DNA from: Chlamydiia bacterium
Lineage (GTDB): Bacteria; Chlamydiota; Chlamydiia; Chlamydiales; Rhabdochlamydiaceae
NCBI GenBank assembly: GCA_963804085.1
Contig: CAWDOQ010000010.1
Location: forward strand, 32,001-96,000
DNA length: 64,000 nucleotides
Reading direction: 5' to 3'
Numbering within the stretch: the stretch's first letter is position 1; every line of letters starts with the position of its first letter. Made by a program: the position numbers and the translations under genes. The notes beneath the pieces are model-generated. The model was not told the DNA's origin, searched no databases, and was given only the letters and a program-made list of their open reading frames with translations. Shown here one piece after another: positions 31,676 through 41,921 of this stretch.

Positions 31676-32700
31676 GCTCCAAAAAGAGGCTTTAAGCTGT
31701 TTGCGACTCTGCCGATCGTCTCAATGGCAGATAGAATCTCCTCTTCGGTCGTCTCGTAGGAAAGCGCAAAGCTTACCGCCGAGTGCGCAAGAAGTGGATC
31801 GACACCCAGATGCATTAAAAGAGGAGCTACGCCTTCGATGGTCGCAAAGACACCTTGTCTTTCTAAATGAAAGAGAAGAGTCTCTGCCGAAATCCCCGGA
31901 AACGCGATGAGAGCGACGTTGGGCAGCCTCTCTACTTTGGAAAAGAGCGGCTGGGCATCCGGAAATACTTCCGCCACCCCCTTCTCCAACATATCTCTTA
32001 GCCTTGCTGTTTCGATGCAGAGATGTTCCGTGTGCGCAAGAGTTTGCTTCAAAGAGAGACTAAGCGCTTCCAGAGCAGGCGGATTTAAAGGGAGTGAGGT
32101 AGCAAGAAGCGAGTTTAACGAGGCGCGCGCATGCACCAAAAGACCTCCTGTTCCATGGGGAGCATGGATATATCTGCCATCAAAGGTAAAAAAATCAGCA
32201 TCGAGGTCTGAAAAACGGAAAAAGAGTTTGCCGATTGCAAAGCACCCGTCTACATGGACTAGGACCTCTTTTTTTCTGCAGACTGCGATTAGATCGTTTA
32301 AAGGTTGGATCACGCCTGTAAGAGGGTCGGCCCAAGGCAGCGACACTAAGATCGTGCGCGGGCGGATCATCTCTTCGAGCGCCTGCACTTTAATCTGCCC
32401 CTTCTCATTTAGTGGAAGAGTTTTAAGCGTACAGCCCAGCTTTTCTAAGCGCTTATGCGATCTATCAGAAGGGAGAATGAAGTGGGTGCGTCCCGTCTCT
32501 CGAACCAGGTCAAGATAGACGGATAAAAAGAGGTGATCGGTTGCCTCCTGGGCAGTAGAACAAAAAAAGAAGCGATCGCCAGAAGAGGCGCCCAAATCTT
32601 GTAGGATCTCGGCCTCACTCTCTTCTTGCTTACGACCAAGGGGTGGAGGGGGAGAGTGCTGGTTCAGATAACTTGCTTTTCCCATTTTCCCTTGTGCCAA
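31663..32700 (-). CDS. NifS/IscS-like class V aminotransferase fold, catalytic motifs degenerate
   Basis: TGVIQP, HVDG, ERLPN retained; PLP-Lys and GSAC motifs absent. Confidence 0.75.
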   Translation of the reverse strand: MAQGKMGKASYLNQHSPPPPLGRKQEESEAEILQDLGASSGDRFFFCSTAQEATDHLFLSVYLDLVRETGRTHFILPSDRSHKRLEKLGCTLKTLPLNEKGQIKVQALEEMIRPRTILVSLPWADPLTGVIQPLNDLIAVCRKKEVLVHVDGCFAIGKLFFRFSDLDADFFTFDGRYIHAPHGTGGLLVHARASLNSLLATSLPLNPPALEALSLSLKQTLAHTEHLCIETARLRDMLEKGVAEVFPDAQPLFSKVERLPNVALIAFPGISAETLLFHLERQGVFATIEGVAPLLMHLGVDPLLAHSAVSFALSYETTEEEILSAIETIGRVANSLKPLFGACLK

Positions 32701-33344
32701 CTGTAAAGAAGCGGCTCTCCTGTTGGAATCTCGAGCTCTACTACCTCTTCCTTGCTCAAGTTATCTAGAAACATCACGATAGCACGCATCGAGTTGCCAT
32801 GCGCAGAGATAAAGACATTTTTTCCCTCTTCTAAATAGGGCATGATCGTTTTCTTAAAGTAGGGAAGCGCTCTTTCTGCCGTCATCGCTAAACTCTCGCC
32901 TTTGGGAGGCGCAACATCATAGCTCCTGCGCCAGATCTTGACCTGCTTCTCTCCATACTTGTCCATCATCTCGCGCTTATTCATCCCTTGAAGCTCTCCA
33001 TACATACGCTCGTTGAGCTCCCATGCTGTGATGACCGGAATGCACTTTTTTCTCGTCTCTTCACTATAGACCTTGGCCCACTCTTGCAACTTGTGCTCAT
33101 GCGGATGCAGCACGGTTGGAATCTTGCCTCCCTTGTGCTCGCTCATCACGAGCATCGCAGTCGTCTGTGCGCGGACGAGCGAGGAGACAAAGATCACATC
33201 GAAAGGGATGTGGGCGATCTTCTTGCCCCCCTTTAAACTCTCTTGTATCCCCTCCATGCTCAAAGGGATATCGACCCAACCCGTAAAAAGGTTTTGCTTA
33301 TTCCACTCCGACTGCCCATGACGCATCATCACTAATTTTGCCAT
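32664..33344 (-). CDS. gpmA: 2,3-BPG-dependent phosphoglycerate mutase
   Basis: RHGQSEWN, FTGWVD, LNERMYG, AHGNS. Confidence 0.96.
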   Translation of the reverse strand: MAKLVMMRHGQSEWNKQNLFTGWVDIPLSMEGIQESLKGGKKIAHIPFDVIFVSSLVRAQTTAMLVMSEHKGGKIPTVLHPHEHKLQEWAKVYSEETRKKCIPVITAWELNERMYGELQGMNKREMMDKYGEKQVKIWRRSYDVAPPKGESLAMTAERALPYFKKTIMPYLEEGKNVFISAHGNSMRAIVMFLDNLSKEEVVELEIPTGEPLLYSWHKGKWEKQVI

Positions 33345-33376
33345 AACATCCGCAGTTTAGCATATTCCCCTCTTTT

Positions 33377-33493
33377 CGTGCCTGTGCCCGATCTTCTTCA
33401 ATCGCGCCCGCTTCCGCGCCCGATCTTCCTCTTTCTCTCTTTTCCCGAATTAATCCGGATCGGCGCGCATGCGGGCGCGGAAGCGGGCGCGTT
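33377..33493. repeat. 6-bp-period GC-rich inverted element with ttaatccggatcgg core
   Basis: cgcgcccgcttccgcgcccg ... cgggcgcggaagcgggcgcg; related to 24040-24080 and 52049-52150. Confidence 0.75.
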
Positions 33494-33506
33494 CAAAAAG
33501 AAAGTG

Positions 33507-33845
33507 TTAACCAACTGACCCTCTTAAGACTTTTTTAAGAATAAACTGATCCTCGACGCTGATTAACTCGTAAGCGCTATTCATAGGAGATTGCGCAAAT
33601 AGCGAAGCACCTGAAATCTGATCGACGATCATCAGATGGTAGCCGCCCCTTTGAAGCAGAAACTCCTCGTTGATCTTGATAATCGCGTTGGTCTTGTTGT
33701 TAATGGTGATGCCTCCATGCAGGCAGACGCTCTCGTCAGGTCCAATTACCGCTTCCATCGGTGCTGTGTCATAAGGAATTTTAACATTTTGTTGATCTTC
33801 ACGTGGAATTTGGATGTCTGCTTCTTGGTTAAATTCGATAGTCAT
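33507..33845 (-). CDS. Hypothetical protein
   Basis: AAGGGTG RBS before ATG 33845; 112 aa. Confidence 0.5.
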   Translation of the reverse strand: MTIEFNQEADIQIPREDQQNVKIPYDTAPMEAVIGPDESVCLHGGITINNKTNAIIKINEEFLLQRGGYHLMIVDQISGASLFAQSPMNSAYELISVEDQFILKKVLRGSVG

Positions 33846-33966
33846 TTTTTCACCCTTTAAAATTGTTAGTTTAAAAACCCACAAACAAACTAACAAAACC
33901 AGGAAAACGACTCAATAAATAATAATTAATTGACCGATAGTTGCATATGCTTTATGCTCCATTGCC

Positions 33967-34707
33967 ATGAAAACAAAAGAACCGAAAAAACGTTTAAGTA
34001 AAGCATTAGCTGCCGCAGGCGTCTCCTCACGCAGAGGGTGCGAAGAGCTGATCTTTGCAGGAAAAGTTAAAGTAAACGGCAAGGTCGTGCTCGTTCCTCA
34101 GACTCTCGTCTCTTGGGAAGATGACCGCATCTCCGTATCCGGTAAAAGCCTGCACACCGAAGAGGACAAGGTCTACTACATCCTCAACAAACCCACCGGC
34201 TACATCTGCTCCAACAAACGAGTCGGCTCCAAAAAAATTGTGCTCGATCTCTTTGCTAACTCCCCGCAGCGCCTCTTCACTATCGGAAGACTCGACCGAG
34301 ACACCACAGGGCTTCTCCTCGTCACCAACGATGGCCACTTCGCCCAAAAGGTGATCCACCCCGCCTCCAATATCCAAAAAGAGTACCTCGTCAAAGTCCA
34401 CAACGAGATCACCCACGACCATCTCGTCTCGATCGCTAAAGGCATGAGTATCGAAGGCTCTTGGATCAAACCTGTACGCGTGACCAAAGTCCGCAGAGGC
34501 ACCGTGAAAGTCGTCGTGATGGAAGGAAAAAAACGAGAGGTACGCCTACTCGTCGAAAAAGCCGGGCTTAAAATCGACACTCTTAGCCGCATCCGCATCG
34601 GTGGTCTGACGCTCGGGCCACTACCTGTTGGCATCTTCCGCCCGCTTACAGCTGACGAGCGCGAGCTTCTCTTTAAAACAAAAAAAGCTAAGCAAGATAC
34701 GCTCTAG
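33967..34707 (+). CDS. rluB: rRNA pseudouridine synthase (RluB/RsuA family)
   Basis: S4 domain, NKPTG, GRLDRDTTGLLL, EGKKREVR. Confidence 0.9.
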   Translation: MKTKEPKKRLSKALAAAGVSSRRGCEELIFAGKVKVNGKVVLVPQTLVSWEDDRISVSGKSLHTEEDKVYYILNKPTGYICSNKRVGSKKIVLDLFANSPQRLFTIGRLDRDTTGLLLVTNDGHFAQKVIHPASNIQKEYLVKVHNEITHDHLVSIAKGMSIEGSWIKPVRVTKVRRGTVKVVVMEGKKREVRLLVEKAGLKIDTLSRIRIGGLTLGPLPVGIFRPLTADERELLFKTKKAKQDTL

Positions 34708-35614
34708 CCACGCCTATGTTATCTTTTGAACCCCCTCCCGGGGAAATGAGAAGCGTCTTGCGCTGAAAGGCACCGACAGTCACACATACAGGACCACCTT
34801 TACTCTGAAAACTTTCACGCGTGCGCGTTAAACATAAGGAAGATTTAGGAAAAAGAGGGATGCCAAATCGGGCAAAGTGGGCCACCGTGCTCACTGTGAT
34901 CCAGAGCGTCTTACCGAGCGGATGGTATTGCTGCTCCGCTTCAGCTTGTGTAATACCTGCACTCTCCGGTTCTATATTTTTTTGCATCCATACCCAAATA
35001 GATTTTTCTTCGGCACCGTTTCCGTATTCATTTTGAATCACAGTTGCACTGAGGATCTCCACACTGCACTTTTTTGCAAGAGGTATAAAAGTATTAATGC
35101 AAAGTGGCTTTCCATCTACCTTGGCAGGAATCAAGGTGAGAGTATGCGTATCTTTTAGCTTGGGAAATGTGCGATGGATGTTACCCGGAAGGCAGGGCGC
35201 TACTCCGGGGTCTCCGAAATACTTTTTCCACGCACCCACTCCAAATGCAAGAGAGGGAGGACGGGGATGGCTAAAGGCCCTTTTGTGTTTCCCGTCCGGA
35301 AGCTTATAGCTCACATGCTCTTGTTCGCATTGTGTCTTCCACACTTTGTCGGAGATCTTCCAGGCTTTACAGACTACTTCGCATCTGCCTACTTCTTCGG
35401 GTAGAAGGTAGTTCATGATGTGAGAAAACGCATCGGGAGATGTGCGAGATATATCATTCAGATTGGCTTCCGGCTTGCTGAACCAAGAACAAATCCAATC
35501 ACAAATAGCTTTCCAGAGCGCGGCTATGGTCTCGGCAATTTGGAGATAGCAGGGCTTCTCTTCGGGCAGGGCTATCGATCGTTTTGCAGAATCTAAATTA
35601 ATTGTTGGTGTCAT
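34688..35614 (-). CDS. F-box-like domain protein (candidate effector)
   Basis: 'SPDAFSHIMNYLLPEEVGRCEVVCKAWK...VWK' F-box pattern. Confidence 0.7.
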   Translation of the reverse strand: MTPTINLDSAKRSIALPEEKPCYLQIAETIAALWKAICDWICSWFSKPEANLNDISRTSPDAFSHIMNYLLPEEVGRCEVVCKAWKISDKVWKTQCEQEHVSYKLPDGKHKRAFSHPRPPSLAFGVGAWKKYFGDPGVAPCLPGNIHRTFPKLKDTHTLTLIPAKVDGKPLCINTFIPLAKKCSVEILSATVIQNEYGNGAEEKSIWVWMQKNIEPESAGITQAEAEQQYHPLGKTLWITVSTVAHFARFGIPLFPKSSLCLTRTRESFQSKGGPVCVTVGAFQRKTLLISPGGGSKDNIGVARAYLA

Positions 35615-35698
35615 GGAGGAGTAGCATAGCAGAAAACCCCCAAAAAGAACAGAGCCGCTTGCTTTTCTTATCTCGTTTAGGTATAAAGATCTCCGTTT

Positions 35699-36373
35699 AT
35701 GCTAACCATTGCACGGCTGTTTGGAAAGTCTCCTTTTGCCCCCCTGCAGACCCACATGAAGAAAGTGGCGAGCTGCGTGGAAAAGCTGACCCAGCTTATC
35801 GAAGCTCTTCCTAAGATGGAACGGGAGAAGATTGAAAAATTTTCTTCAGAGATCTGCACTCTTGAAGAGGAGGCCGACCTTACAAAAAACGATATCCGCA
35901 ACCACCTTCCCAAAAGCCTCTTTCTTCCGATCGACCGCGGCCATTTTTTAGAGATCCTCTCAGTCCAAGACAGCATCGCGGATAAAGCAGAAGATATCGG
36001 CATTCTGCTCACCTTGCGCCCGCTTGCACCCTTCCACAACTTTAAAGCGGATCTGCAATCGCTCTTTAAAAAGAGCGCTCAAGTTTTTTGGGATGCTAAA
36101 AAAATCATCGAAGAGATCGACGAGCTCTTAGAAGCCTCTTTTGGCGGCATCGAAGCAGAAAAAGTAAAAGAGATGGTGCTCAAGACCGCATACAAAGAGC
36201 ATGAAGCAGATCTAATGCAACGCACCTTGATGAAGCAGCTCTTCGCAAACGGAGAAACCCTCTCTGCACCCGACTTCTACCTTTGGGCGCATGTTATCGA
36301 AGAGATCTCTGCACTCTCGCACCTCTCAGAGAGATTAGCTAATCGCATTCGGATGGTACTGGAACTAAAATAG
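35699..36373 (+). CDS. DUF47/TIGR00153 phosphate transport regulator
   Basis: LFGKSPFAPLQ.H, EEEAD, QDSIAD; upstream of pit. Confidence 0.9.
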   Translation: MLTIARLFGKSPFAPLQTHMKKVASCVEKLTQLIEALPKMEREKIEKFSSEICTLEEEADLTKNDIRNHLPKSLFLPIDRGHFLEILSVQDSIADKAEDIGILLTLRPLAPFHNFKADLQSLFKKSAQVFWDAKKIIEEIDELLEASFGGIEAEKVKEMVLKTAYKEHEADLMQRTLMKQLFANGETLSAPDFYLWAHVIEEISALSHLSERLANRIRMVLELK

Positions 36374-36376
36374 ACT

Positions 36377-37801
36377 ATGGAAGTCGAAGCGATCCTCAGA
36401 ATACTGATCCTGGTCGTAGGCTTTTACATGGCGTGGAACATTGGCGCCAACGATGTCTCCAATGCGATGGGAACATCTGTTGGCTCGGGCGCTCTAACAC
36501 TTAGGCGCGCTGTAATCTTCGCAGCCATTTTAGAATTCTGTGGAGCCTATTTCGTCGGATCCAATGTGTCGGAGACGATGCAAAGGGGGCTGATCGACAC
36601 CGACCTCTTCTTAACAGAACCCACCACTCTCGTTTTAGGGATGTGCGCCGCGCTTTTGGGCACGAGCATCTGGCTCCAGATCGCCTCCTATTTTGGATGG
36701 CCCGTCTCTACCACACACGCCATCGTAGGTGCGATCTTAGGCTTTGGTGCCTTGATCGGCGGAGTAGAAGCTGTCAAGTGGCAGGAGGTCTCCTCCATTG
36801 CAATAAGCTGGGTTGTCTCTCCCGTCATAAGCGGCCTTTTTGCCTACTTTCTCTTCGGTTTTCTGCAGAAAAAGATCTTGTATGCGATGAATCCCACAGA
36901 GATCACGTTTAAGCTTTTTCCCCTGTTTGTCTTCATCGTCTTTGGCGTTTTCACATTAAGTCTCATCTTCAACGGCCTGCAAAATGTGGATATCACCCTC
37001 TCATTTGTGCAAGCAATCGGCGTCGCTCTTCTCGTAGGACTTATCGCCGGGACCATATGCTACTTTCTCATCCGAAAATTCGCTTCTCCGACCATTTCAG
37101 AGCCGATGCTATCTCGCCACCTACCCCAGCATGTGATCAGCCTTGAAAAGGCGATCAAACACCTGCAGCGCGTCCATGTCTCTTCGTTTAACGATGTGCA
37201 CACGAAAACAGGCGAGCTGCTTGAAGAGGCCAAAGCCCTTTCACAAAATTTGCGCCAAGAGACCAGCTTTGGAGAGCGCACCTCCGAATATACGCAAGTA
37301 GAAAAAATGTTCGGCTACCTTCAAATATTAAGCGCCTGCTTTGTCGCCTTTGCCCACGGTGCTAACGACGTCGCAAACGCTATCGGCCCTATCGCTGCCG
37401 TCCTCGACATCTTGAAAAATGGCACCATCTCTGACACTGCATCCATCCCGACTTGGCTCCTCGCTTTTGGCGGCGCCGGCATCGTCCTTGGCCTCGCCAC
37501 CTACGGCTGGCGTGTCATGGAAACGATCGGCAAAAAGATCACAGAACTCACCCCCACACGCGGCTTTTGCGCAGAATTTGGAGCCGCGACTACCATACTC
37601 CTCGCCTCCAAACTCGGCCTCCCGATCTCCACTACGCACTGCCTAGTCGGCGCCGTTCTAGGCGTCGGCATCGCCAGAGGTTTTCGTGCCCTTAACCTCG
37701 GCACCCTCCGCGATATCATCCTCTCCTGGATCGTCACTATCCCCGCCAGCGCCCTCACCTGCATCCTCTGCTACTTCTTGTTAAAACTTATTTTTATTTA
37801 G
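36377..37801 (+). CDS. pit: Inorganic phosphate transporter (PiT)
   Basis: Two GANDV motifs, PVSTTH and PISTTH. Confidence 0.95.
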   Translation: MEVEAILRILILVVGFYMAWNIGANDVSNAMGTSVGSGALTLRRAVIFAAILEFCGAYFVGSNVSETMQRGLIDTDLFLTEPTTLVLGMCAALLGTSIWLQIASYFGWPVSTTHAIVGAILGFGALIGGVEAVKWQEVSSIAISWVVSPVISGLFAYFLFGFLQKKILYAMNPTEITFKLFPLFVFIVFGVFTLSLIFNGLQNVDITLSFVQAIGVALLVGLIAGTICYFLIRKFASPTISEPMLSRHLPQHVISLEKAIKHLQRVHVSSFNDVHTKTGELLEEAKALSQNLRQETSFGERTSEYTQVEKMFGYLQILSACFVAFAHGANDVANAIGPIAAVLDILKNGTISDTASIPTWLLAFGGAGIVLGLATYGWRVMETIGKKITELTPTRGFCAEFGAATTILLASKLGLPISTTHCLVGAVLGVGIARGFRALNLGTLRDIILSWIVTIPASALTCILCYFLLKLIFI

Positions 37802-37878
37802 CATAATAAAAAATAGTTAGTATTTACCTATTCAATATTAAATGTTATAATTTTTATCACTTTTATAAAGGAGATGTT

Positions 37879-39557
37879 ATGACAAAAGCAATCGCGCCAA
37901 CTGCCGCAACAGCCCCTATAATTCCTAATCCTCCCCCCATCACAGCGGAGTCCTCCTGCTGCACAGATCTCTTCCTGCGCGTGCAGGCTGTCTGGAACGC
38001 TTTCTTGACTTTGCTTGTAGCTATTGTCGACTGGTGCGCGTGTCAGATCCATGGTCCCACGGGCAAAAGCCAGCCTCTCGTGATAGATTGGGAAGAGCGG
38101 TTGCCGCGTCGTGCGCCTATTAGGCTCCCTAGGGATTTATATCCGAAAACAGCAGAAGAAAAAGCAGAAGAGACTCTTAAGAATCAAATAGAAATATTCG
38201 ATAGGATGCCAAGCTTGGGACGCTTCTTAAAAAGCTACATACCCGAACATTTGCCGCTCCAAACAAGAGCAAGGCAGATCAAAGCGGCCATCAATAACGA
38301 GGGCATTCTTTTCCAGTGTAGCCAATACCCAACATACACAGCCTGGAGATGTGGAAGGCTACACATGGCACTGTAATAAAACACGTTTACTACTTAAGTT
38401 AGGAGCCAATCCCAACGGGAAAAGCGATAACGCCTGGGGTTATGTTCCGCTTCACTGTGCTGTATTCAGCGGATCCACGCTTGCCTATGAAGAGCTGCGA
38501 CAAGCAGGAGCCAATCCTTGGATAAGGGAATACCAGGGTTACCGACCAGGGCAAACACCCATTGCGCTTGCTTATCACATCCTCGCATCAAATATGCCGT
38601 TAGACGACTATTTTTGGGAGATTGCACGAAAAAAAGAGCACAGCCTAGCTCACTATTTTCCAGATCGGTATTTTACTCCAGCTTCTTACTCCAAACCGGG
38701 CACTTTAACTGACGTCCAAAAGATGATCGACTTCGAGGTGGAAAAAGCAACTGATCATATCCAAGCTGCCCAACCGGTGCACGTGGACCGCCCATTGCTA
38801 AACTTATCGCAAGCTACTACCTTGCCGGTGATCCAAACGAGCATGGTGCAAATCTTGTGGAGGATTACAAAAGCTTTTACATTAGTTCGGATCCCAATAC
38901 CAAAGGCGTGCAAGATCTGCTCAAAGGCAATCCAACAGCAACCATGACAGAGCAGCTGGCGATGATCCAAAAGAGCGTAGAGACAAGTAACGAGCTCTTT
39001 TTGACTGTAAACCCACAAGCAACATCTGAACTGCACAATGGAACTGAGCTCTTCCTAAGCTAGGGGCCAATCCCAACAAGCGTGCCACCTTGGGTAATTT
39101 GCAGAATTTCACACCGCTCCACGCAGCTGTCCTGACCCGCAGTCCGCTTGCATATAAAACTCTACGCGCGTTTGGCGCCGATCCCACAATGAGGCTGGGA
39201 TCTGCCCAAGACGGAGACACCTGCATAGAAATGGCACAAAGAATGCTTGCTGCAAACCCTAAGATATCAGCGCACGAATATTTCCGTGACTTTGTTCTTC
39301 GAGCGGGCATACCAAAAATACCAGGAAAAGTTTTCGATACACCTTATTCTTACGATCTTCAGCTTTTCCCTCACACATATGTACATGCAGTACTGAATAA
39401 TCAATATGCCTCTGATGGCTTTGGCACAGAAAAAGATCTGCAAGAGATCCTCGACTACGAAAGGATGCTCCAGAGCTCTGTCGCCCAAGAGGTCCACAGA
39501 CACTACGAACTCCCTGCAGACATCGCCACAACCGTAGCCGACTACGCTCAAGAATAG
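37879..39557 (+). CDS. Ankyrin-repeat protein with duplicated module, split by three frameshifts
   Basis: Two 'LKLGANPN...PLH.AV...S.LAY..LR..GA.P' modules across ORFs 37879-38376, 38351-38947, 38857-39063 and 39090-39557. Confidence 0.65.
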
Positions 39558-39562
39558 CCTTG

Positions 39563-39949
39563 TTAATGAGGTAGAATTTGTAGCTTTTCTATGCCGGCAT
39601 CAATGAGTGTGTCTAGCGTTTTGCTAATCGACTTGTGCATCGCTATTGCTGCCTTTGCAACATAATAATGGCGTTCGCTGGTTGTTCTGTACGCGATATT
39701 GCCTTTGAATTTGTCTTTTTTTATTGGCACTGGTACTGGCTCACCTTGCTTGAGATAAAGTCTAACCGCGGCTTCAATAGCTTCTTTGATATTTTCCAAC
39801 CCTTCTTCAATGGTCTCCGCATCAGTGCAAACCCCAGGAAGCTCATTCACTCGAATGATGTAGTAATGCTTTCCTTTATGAGCTTCTTGCTCAATGGTAT
39901 ACGACCAGTTCAAGTTAAGGTAGTACTTTAAGCTTTTTTTAATACCCAT
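39563..39949 (-). CDS. hicB: HicB antitoxin
   Basis: ELPGVCTDAETIEEGLENIKEAI...PVP; C-terminal RHH-like region. Confidence 0.85.
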   Translation of the reverse strand: MGIKKSLKYYLNLNWSYTIEQEAHKGKHYYIIRVNELPGVCTDAETIEEGLENIKEAIEAAVRLYLKQGEPVPVPIKKDKFKGNIAYRTTSERHYYVAKAAIAMHKSISKTLDTLIDAGIEKLQILPH

Positions 39950-40169
39950 GGTCTCTTAAAACCTCTTTTAAATCGCGAATTTGATAAGGCAAAAGCTGCG
40001 ACCTGCGCTTTATACATACATTTTTCGGATACTCGTTTTTTCTAAATACATGATGAGAACCTCTCACGTCCACTTTAAAGCCTAGTTTCAGCAAAATATT
40101 TTCGGCCTCTTCATAGGAAACATCCCTGCCAGACAGGATTTTTTCTACTATCTTTTGCCATTTGCTCAT
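39939..40169 (-). CDS. hicA: HicA toxin
   Basis: LGF...RGSHHVFR motif; overlaps hicB. Confidence 0.88.
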   Translation of the reverse strand: MSKWQKIVEKILSGRDVSYEEAENILLKLGFKVDVRGSHHVFRKNEYPKNVCIKRRSQLLPYQIRDLKEVLRDHGY

Positions 40170-40202
40170 GCCGGGAATGATATCAATTTCGATATCGTCT
40201 TG

Positions 40203-41165
40203 TCAACGGACAAGAGAGCGGGTAGTACAAGAAGGAGCGTCCTGGAGGATGGTGCCGATCGCGGCGATCCAGTCGGGGCGCAAGTTTAGGGCGGGGCAGC
40301 GATGCGCTGAGATGCCGCTGGTGCGAAGAAGGGGTAGGTACTGCTCTTCGATCTCGAAGAGGGTTTCGATGTGATCGGATAGGAAGGCGAGCGGAATGAC
40401 CACTACCTGCTTGTCGGTCTTAGGAAGTGTTCTACAGATCTCCTCGGTTGCAGGGGTGAGCCACTCTCCTCGACCGAATTTCGACTGGTAGGCGAGGATC
40501 TTCTCTGCTTTTGGAAAGCCTTCCGCGATCGCGCTATAGGAACTGACACACTCTTTTTCATAGAGATCCCCCTCCTCGATAAACTTCTTGGGCAGGCCGT
40601 GTGCAGAAAAGAGCAAGATGCTTTTTTCTTCTTTTATCTCTCTTTCTTCTAAAAATTCTCTTAGTTTGCGCTGCATTGCGGCCACATAAGCCGGATGCGT
40701 TGGAAAAGATGCCACCCAGCGCATCTTGTCTGCTATCTGCGGAAGCTTCTTTAAAAAGAAGCGCGCGATGCTGCCTGTCGTGGCATAACTAAATTGGGGA
40801 AAGAGGGGAAAGACGATGATCTCGACATCTTTAAAAGCGCGCATCTCTTCTAGGAACGCATCATGTGTTGCAGGAAGATAGCGATGGAAGGCAAGCGTTT
40901 TTATCTTAAGCTTCTGGCCCACTTGTTTGGCAAGCTCTTCTGTATCGGCATAGATCGGGGACCCCCCTCCGATGCGGGTATAGTCTGCTTTGATCTTCTC
41001 GGCTCGCTTTTTTGCAATCCGTGTGAAGAACCATTTTTGTGCAAAATGGGGAAAGGGGGTGCGGATCACATCAGGATCAGTGAGAAGCTCCTTTAAAAAG
41101 GGGGCGATCTCGTCGAGATTACGTGGCCCGCCAAAACTGGCAAATAGAAGTAATTGCGTCTTCAT
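40203..41165 (-). CDS. hemH: Ferrochelatase
   Basis: GGGSPI, PLFPQFS..T, SAHGLP, YQSKFG..WL.P, DHIETL.EI. Confidence 0.95.
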   Translation of the reverse strand: MKTQLLLFASFGGPRNLDEIAPFLKELLTDPDVIRTPFPHFAQKWFFTRIAKKRAEKIKADYTRIGGGSPIYADTEELAKQVGQKLKIKTLAFHRYLPATHDAFLEEMRAFKDVEIIVFPLFPQFSYATTGSIARFFLKKLPQIADKMRWVASFPTHPAYVAAMQRKLREFLEEREIKEEKSILLFSAHGLPKKFIEEGDLYEKECVSSYSAIAEGFPKAEKILAYQSKFGRGEWLTPATEEICRTLPKTDKQVVVIPLAFLSDHIETLFEIEEQYLPLLRTSGISAHRCPALNLRPDWIAAIGTILQDAPSCTTRSLVR

Positions 41166-41187
41166 GAAAATATGTTAAGATGATGTT

Positions 41188-41921
41188 ATGCGCTGGCGTT
41201 ATTTATTTCTTCTACCTCTTCTTCTCTTCTTCGGATCCTGCGGCACAAGCTCGTCCCAAAAAGAGTACACGATTGCTATCGACCCTAGCTGGTATCCCTT
41301 AAACTTGATGGGAAGAGAGAATCAGCTTAACGGCTTTACAATCGATCTTCTCCAAGAGATCGCTGCATTGAAAAAAATCAATATCCTCAAGGTTCGCGAG
41401 AACTGGGATAATCTCATCTCCCATCTTCAACAAGAGAAATATGACGCGATCCTCTCTTCTTTGCAACCCTATCTCTTCTACGAGAAGCAGTATGACTTCT
41501 CCTCTCCCTTCTTGCTCACCGGACCGGTCCTTGTTGTGCCTTATAAATCACCGCTCACCTCTTTAGACAAGTGCGCAGGTAAGGAGATCGCTGTCTTGGA
41601 CGGGTCCAAAGATGCTCTTATTGTAGAAAAGTACGCGGGGATTATCATCCGCAACTACAACACTCTCGGAGAAATCTTTCGCGATCTTCTCTCGGGCGCA
41701 CTCGATGGCGCACTTGTAGACACTCTTCCTGCACAGGCCTACTGCCAAGATCTCTACCAAGGCCAGCTAAGATAGCAACGCCTCCTCTCTCCTCCGCAGG
41801 CCTAAGGCTTGTGACGTTGCATAAGACGGACTCTCCTCTTCGCACGCTCTTCGACGAAGGGCTAAAAGAGCTCGAAAAGAGCGGTAAATACGAAGAGCTT
41901 GTTAAGAAATGGAGCCTTTAG
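41188..41921 (+). CDS. Amino-acid ABC transporter substrate-binding lipoprotein (family 3), frameshift near 41769
   Basis: FGSC lipobox, GFTIDLL, YDFSSPF; one extra A extends the ORF to ...SGKYEELVKKWSL*. Confidence 0.8.

Noticed and set aside
39563-40169. hicAB as an unusual system
   Set aside because: Standard type II TA pair
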